Source: Azolla caroliniana (Eukaryota; Plantae; Polypodiophyta). Taken from it: a DNA stretch of 64,000 nucleotides. Positions 58,801 through 64,000 of this stretch are shown one piece after another (the stretch's first letter is position 1; each line of letters opens with the position of its first letter). Below the pieces are notes generated by a model. The model saw only the letters and a list, made by a program, of their open reading frames with translations, ran no database searches and had not been told where the DNA came from. The position numbers were made by a program, and so were the translations under genes. The stretch spans positions 4,154,001 to 4,218,000 of the forward strand of contig JBHGNT010000007.1 in assembly GCA_043228905.1 (NCBI GenBank), given 5' to 3'.

Positions 58801-61800
58801 TTGGTTATTCCACAAATCCTATTCTTGGTTATTCCACAAAACCAAGTTCTTAGCATTTTGTAAGAACCAAGTTACCATATTTCCCGAGTCTACCATATTT
58901 CCCGAGTTGCATATTACCATGGATGTATGAGTTATTATACAGCTTGGAAGGTGTTTGAACCCCTCACTCAATAGTTATATTTATCTTGATTTGGATCTTT
59001 AAACTAAAATTTGAGAAATCTCAATATGTGACAATGCGTTAATTTGATGCAAGAGACATGTATGTACTTCACTCATGAGTCATAACGTTGAAAAGGTCTA
59101 GTGATTACTTAACGATATATTCATTGGAAAAAGTCTCTCTATGTACATATGGGTTGCGTCAAGATTTAAAAGATCTAGCCTCTTACGTATGATCACATAA
59201 AACAATTGTCTAAATTTCCAAGTCAAAGCTAGCCTCTTACATAAGATCTTTTATATGTTTTGGTAAGAAAACCACTAAATTTGTCAAGTCTAACGGTATA
59301 TAACTCCTTCTACATGACCTTTCCTTTTCCTCTTGAAATTAGAGAATCCTAGCAACATAAAAAAATTTAAGTTTACAAAATACAAATATGATTCACAAGG
59401 ATTTAGAGGTTAGGTCACATTAAACTTCTTAAGAAAAACCATCTTTGTAGATGGCAGATCTATGTATTTTGTTTTCCAATGCACATTACGATTGAAACGA
59501 ATTCCAATAAACCAACCACACAATACTATCTAGGTAACAGACAATAAACATCTTTATAGCTTTTTGGTTTTCCAATGCATTTAGGTGTTTATATGTGAGA
59601 TTGAAATAGAAAGTCTTTTATTGTAACATGTCGGTGATACAATGCCCAACGACCTTTCAAGTAATATGAAATCCCTTCCTCAAAAAAATTAGTAATGTCT
59701 ACTTCTCCATTCGTGACAATTGAAGATTTTCTATTAAAATAGGTCGGTTTGTAAAGTTCTATGAACACACATATCTTTCAATGTTTATGTAAACATTATA
59801 TTTAAGAGTTAATAAACGATATCATGACTTCTAAGTTCATTCTATCTCAATTCTATCCATTTTCTCTAGAATTGTCTTTGAAATTATGAATTAAAAGATT
59901 AATTTTACATAAGCGTTTGGATCTAAGGACATGATAAGGAGTCAAGCCTCCAAAAATGTTTTAAATAACCAAAAAAATAAAGATAAAATAAAAAGACATG
60001 TGATTATAAGAAAATTGAGAAGTTTCCACCAACACAGAATCAAGGCTTAGACAAGTACACAAGATTAGGTACAACCTTGTCCTATTTAATACGATAGTGT
60101 CTTATATGGTGTTATTTGCACAAAAGCAACCTTGGAACTGTGGGCCTACCATAACTATCTTATAAGCCCTTTCAAATGATTCCCACCATCTATCAAGGAA
60201 GTTACTATCTTATAAGACCTAAATAGGGCTCCATGATGAGATAAAAAAGCAAAATATTATATACAAAGCACAATCTGATGCATTTCATGTAACTTAAAAA
60301 TGAAGAATCGAATGAACTTTTGAGCATAGATGTGTGTGAATATAAGGAAGAATGATTTCATCTCTACCCTTGATATGTCCACATTGGGCCAATTAACCAT
60401 GAGAGTGAGAGATGAGCATAATTTGATGACCTTGGGAACCCATAATCTTAATCCATGGGGCCCAAAAAGAGCATCAGAAGCAAGTTTCCTCTCTTCATGA
60501 AGAATGCGTAACCATGTATCTCATTTATGACCCCATTTTAAAGTGTTTTTCGTCTTCGAAAACATATATTGGATTCAAGTTTAATACAATGCCTAATTCT
60601 ATACATCACCCACCAACGAACAAGGAATGGATTAAATTGTTTAGGAACCTCATTTGGATTGTTTCAAACTCAAGGTTAGCATTGGGACAACATAAACATA
60701 TGATCGCTCAAGAAATGGAATAAGTAATATTATCTTCATTGTGTCATCATCAAGATGTTATTACCTTGAGTGCACTTCTTACTAGGTGGAATCCACTCAC
60801 TTTGAGGCTTTATGGGGATATTCAAGTTGGAATCTACCCTATTAGGGGAAGCTAGGTAAGGATGAGTTTCAACCATTCTTAAACTACTAACAAATTGATA
60901 GATGGCAAACTACTCACTAACTCATGTCCTTATGAAATAACTCGGACAAGAATAGACAAACTCACTCAATGGATTCAATTCAACTATAGCTAAATTGGAA
61001 ATTACGAAGAATAACACAAGCATGTGATTAATAGAAAGAGACGAGTGTAATGTTTTTCGTAAAGCTCCTAACACAAATAGAGAGAGAGAGAGAGAGATGG
61101 ACATCATCTATCATCTAATAGAGTGCATTGTAATTCATACCGAAAAAAGTTATTTGTATCTTCTTGGCTATTATGTTGGCTGGGAATGGAGAGATTGCAG
61201 TCTTAGTTTTATTGTTTGTTTTGTTTTGGGGTCAAGGATGTGGAAGATATAGGTGTGCTCGTTCTCAAATAATATTGGAGTTTGTTGAAAGGCGAATTTT
61301 CGTACACATCCCCCCCAATTATGGGTTTATTTGGCAACAATATAACATTGATGCAAGGTCCTTTACTTCTACAAACTAATGAGCAATCATGAGTTTATTA
61401 GCATTTACGAGGTCAAACACCATTTTTACAAGTGATTACTAATCTCTTGAATTATTGCTCCATTGAGTCTCTTTATTAGCTATTATCTAAAGCTCAACAA
61501 GAATGGAAGGTATGTTGATTATGTATGAGGGTGGATCTTGAAACGTAGTTGGCATTCTAGCAAAGATCTTTAGTTGGAGTGCATTGATTCAAGGTTTTCC
61601 TTTGGATTAGTTTTAAACCAACGTGGATTAACAACATGCAATTGCTTCTTTTGCGTTGTTCCAAGTGAAAGATAGTATTCATCAATCCATACACAATGTG
61701 TGATTGGAGTTACATTTCTCAAATGTGGGAAGTATTGTCACATTGTTATTTGACCCGAACATAGTTCACACAAGTCAACCCAAAATCAAAGATGGAGATT

Positions 61801-64000
61801 ATTTTCCTATTTCTCGAATATTAGGGATTTTTCATAATTGGGATATGCACAATGCTTTTGTATTTGATGGTAGGCATGGAATCAAAGCATATCTACAAGA
61901 GTTGAAGGGGCTATTATCGTGACAATTTTCTTTATTGGAGCAAGTAGAATTTCTTTTCTCAATAGGGTGTTTGTCTTGCCTAGAGGAAAGTAAACATGTG
62001 ACACTACGCAAGAAGTGGTGACCACACTCAATTGTCATTCATTAATATGATTGTGTTTTCTCACCCACAATCACCCACAAACTTGTGCAAAGAACCTAAC
62101 AACGGGCTTGTGCACTTCCTTTATGCCCAAATGGTTTTAAGTTTCACATTAAGGTACACAACCCTTCCTAGGTTCAATTAGATGTCTCTCTAGCAATACA
62201 TTGTTTCCATATCACAACACCAATGTCCTGGCAATGAAGCATATGAAATGTCCTTAACATACTCTTTCGTTCATGAATGCAGACTCTTGGATGCACCACT
62301 TCGAACAATTGGGCAGATGAGAAGTCCAAGGATACTCTTGTGTTGATGTTCTTATCGATAAACAGTGCATGGGAAGACAAACCATCTGATGATACATTAC
62401 ATAGACCCTATTTGGTTGAACTGGTCATATTTCAATTTAAATTGAGGGAGGATCTCATTGAAAAACAGAGTAGGGGGAGACAAACCATCTGATTAAATCA
62501 CATAAGACTCCATTTCAGTCCACTCACTCAACATATGCAATCAAAATGGCACAATAGAGATTCAATGTCTGAAAAAGGCAGTATCATAGATGTTGTCCAC
62601 CATATCCCCTTTTTACTTATCTGCCATCCACCACAAGCATGGGCTTTCTGATAGTTCTCCACTTTAGAGATGCCTCTACTGTTTTATGTAAGAAACCATC
62701 GGTTTTCTGCTTTTGACTACATATCTCACCATTTATGATACCCTATACACTTCATATCATGCCAGGTGAAGTATTACATTTCTTACATGCCAAAAATCTG
62801 ACACAGCATTCTGGAGGCAACAATTATACATAGAGAGAATCACAGTTACTCTCAACCAAAGCAACATGACAATGGGGTGTATATTTCCACAAGTCAAGCA
62901 ATGGCTGCCCAGAATAACTCCATCAAGAAGAATGATGTGACAACTGGTAATCCATTTCAAGCAAATACCCCACCAGAAGCTCACCTAGAGTCTAAACTTT
63001 CCAACTCAAAATCAAATTTTAACAATCACATGTTGCAAAACCAAAATGATAGATGATCCTGCAGTCCTAACCCAACTCCTTGAACTAATTGAAAAGAAAT
63101 CAATGCCACTTGTTGCGCTATAATGTTCTAGGTTCATTCAAACCCAATAACTTCTAACACCTTGGAATCAACATTTCAACCACCCAAGTGGAATTGTAGT
63201 TATATGGATTTCCACCCCATCAAAACCAACAGGGTTAATCCAATATCGATCAAAATATCATAGAAGCAGATCTGAATAAATTGCATGCAACCCAATGCCA
63301 CAATATATGATCAAGGAAAGCAGAGAGATGATCATGCAATTCAAGAGAGAGTTTACACCAGAAGTACATGAATCTGGCATTACTCAATCCCAAGAAAATG
63401 GGTACAAGCTATTGTTCATGTTCATGTATCTTGGATTGATTAAATGTAAGGACTACTAGAAGAGGTAGGTGCATTTATGCTGCAAACACTTGTACAATTT
63501 ACTCTTTACTCTCATACCTGTTAGAATCTGTCTTTCCAATGCTTATAAACAAGATTCAACTCATCAGGGTTTACAATGCCTCCTAATAAAGGCTCACAAG
63601 CTTTTCACTAAAATAAATTTACAAAAGTAGATAATCTCAGAACCATATCAGGGCAATCATCATGATACTTTCCTGTCTCTTGCAACTGCTAAGCCATGGT
63701 GCACACCATGTGCTCCAAGCATCACAACAATGATGTGCTTCCATACAAAATTAAAGGACAAATCCACGTGTTTACATATGAAAACCACACATGAACGATG
63801 AAACATGGATCATCCACAAGTACCAAACAAATGCACAAACCGACAATTCTCTTCTCAACAAATTTCTAATAAATTGATGCTACCTACCCTCATCAAATCT
63901 CTAAGAAAGTTTCTGTTAAAAATGACATTATCTCAAAATGATTAATATAATCTCTCACCTAATATGTCAACAAAATTGTCTCAATTTCCACTAAGAAAAC

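Noticed and set aside
58794-58908. Two small tandem duplications (24 bp and 18 bp)
   Set aside because: Ordinary slippage or repair products
62170-63000. Possible ankyrin-like pseudogene fragments on the minus strand (ILHLA, DGLSP)
   Set aside because: Short matches, many stops, no consistent exon structure

Overview
Land-plant genomic DNA; the TE lineages suggest a non-seed plant such as a fern (inference). Bases 1-45.6 kb are a nest of eight LTR retrotransposons inside an old LINE. Four are Ty1/copia: G (remnant), H (Tork/Tto1-like), F (intact, identical LTRs) and E. Four belong to one non-chromovirus Ty3/gypsy group: A, B, C and the non-autonomous D. Nesting: F in H in G; B and D at the same site in E; C in D; A joined to G. 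A 4-exon DUF630/DUF632 gene (about 821 aa, one GC-AG intron) lies on the minus strand at 47529-51393. From 51.4 to 64 kb the DNA is AT-rich and microsatellite-rich, with no confident gene. The most notable signal is the gypsy group's alpharetrovirus-like architecture: a tRNA-Trp PBS, a covarying U5-leader stem, protease in the Gag frame, and RT-RH-IN in the -1 frame behind a G_GAU_UUU heptamer and a covarying putative pseudoknot. The group also has a DHG protease motif, 4-bp CG-centred TSDs, and a pol-less satellite element encoding only the C-terminal part of capsid. Three copia families also keep a covarying hairpin around the PPT. All analysis was by eye; no searches were run.
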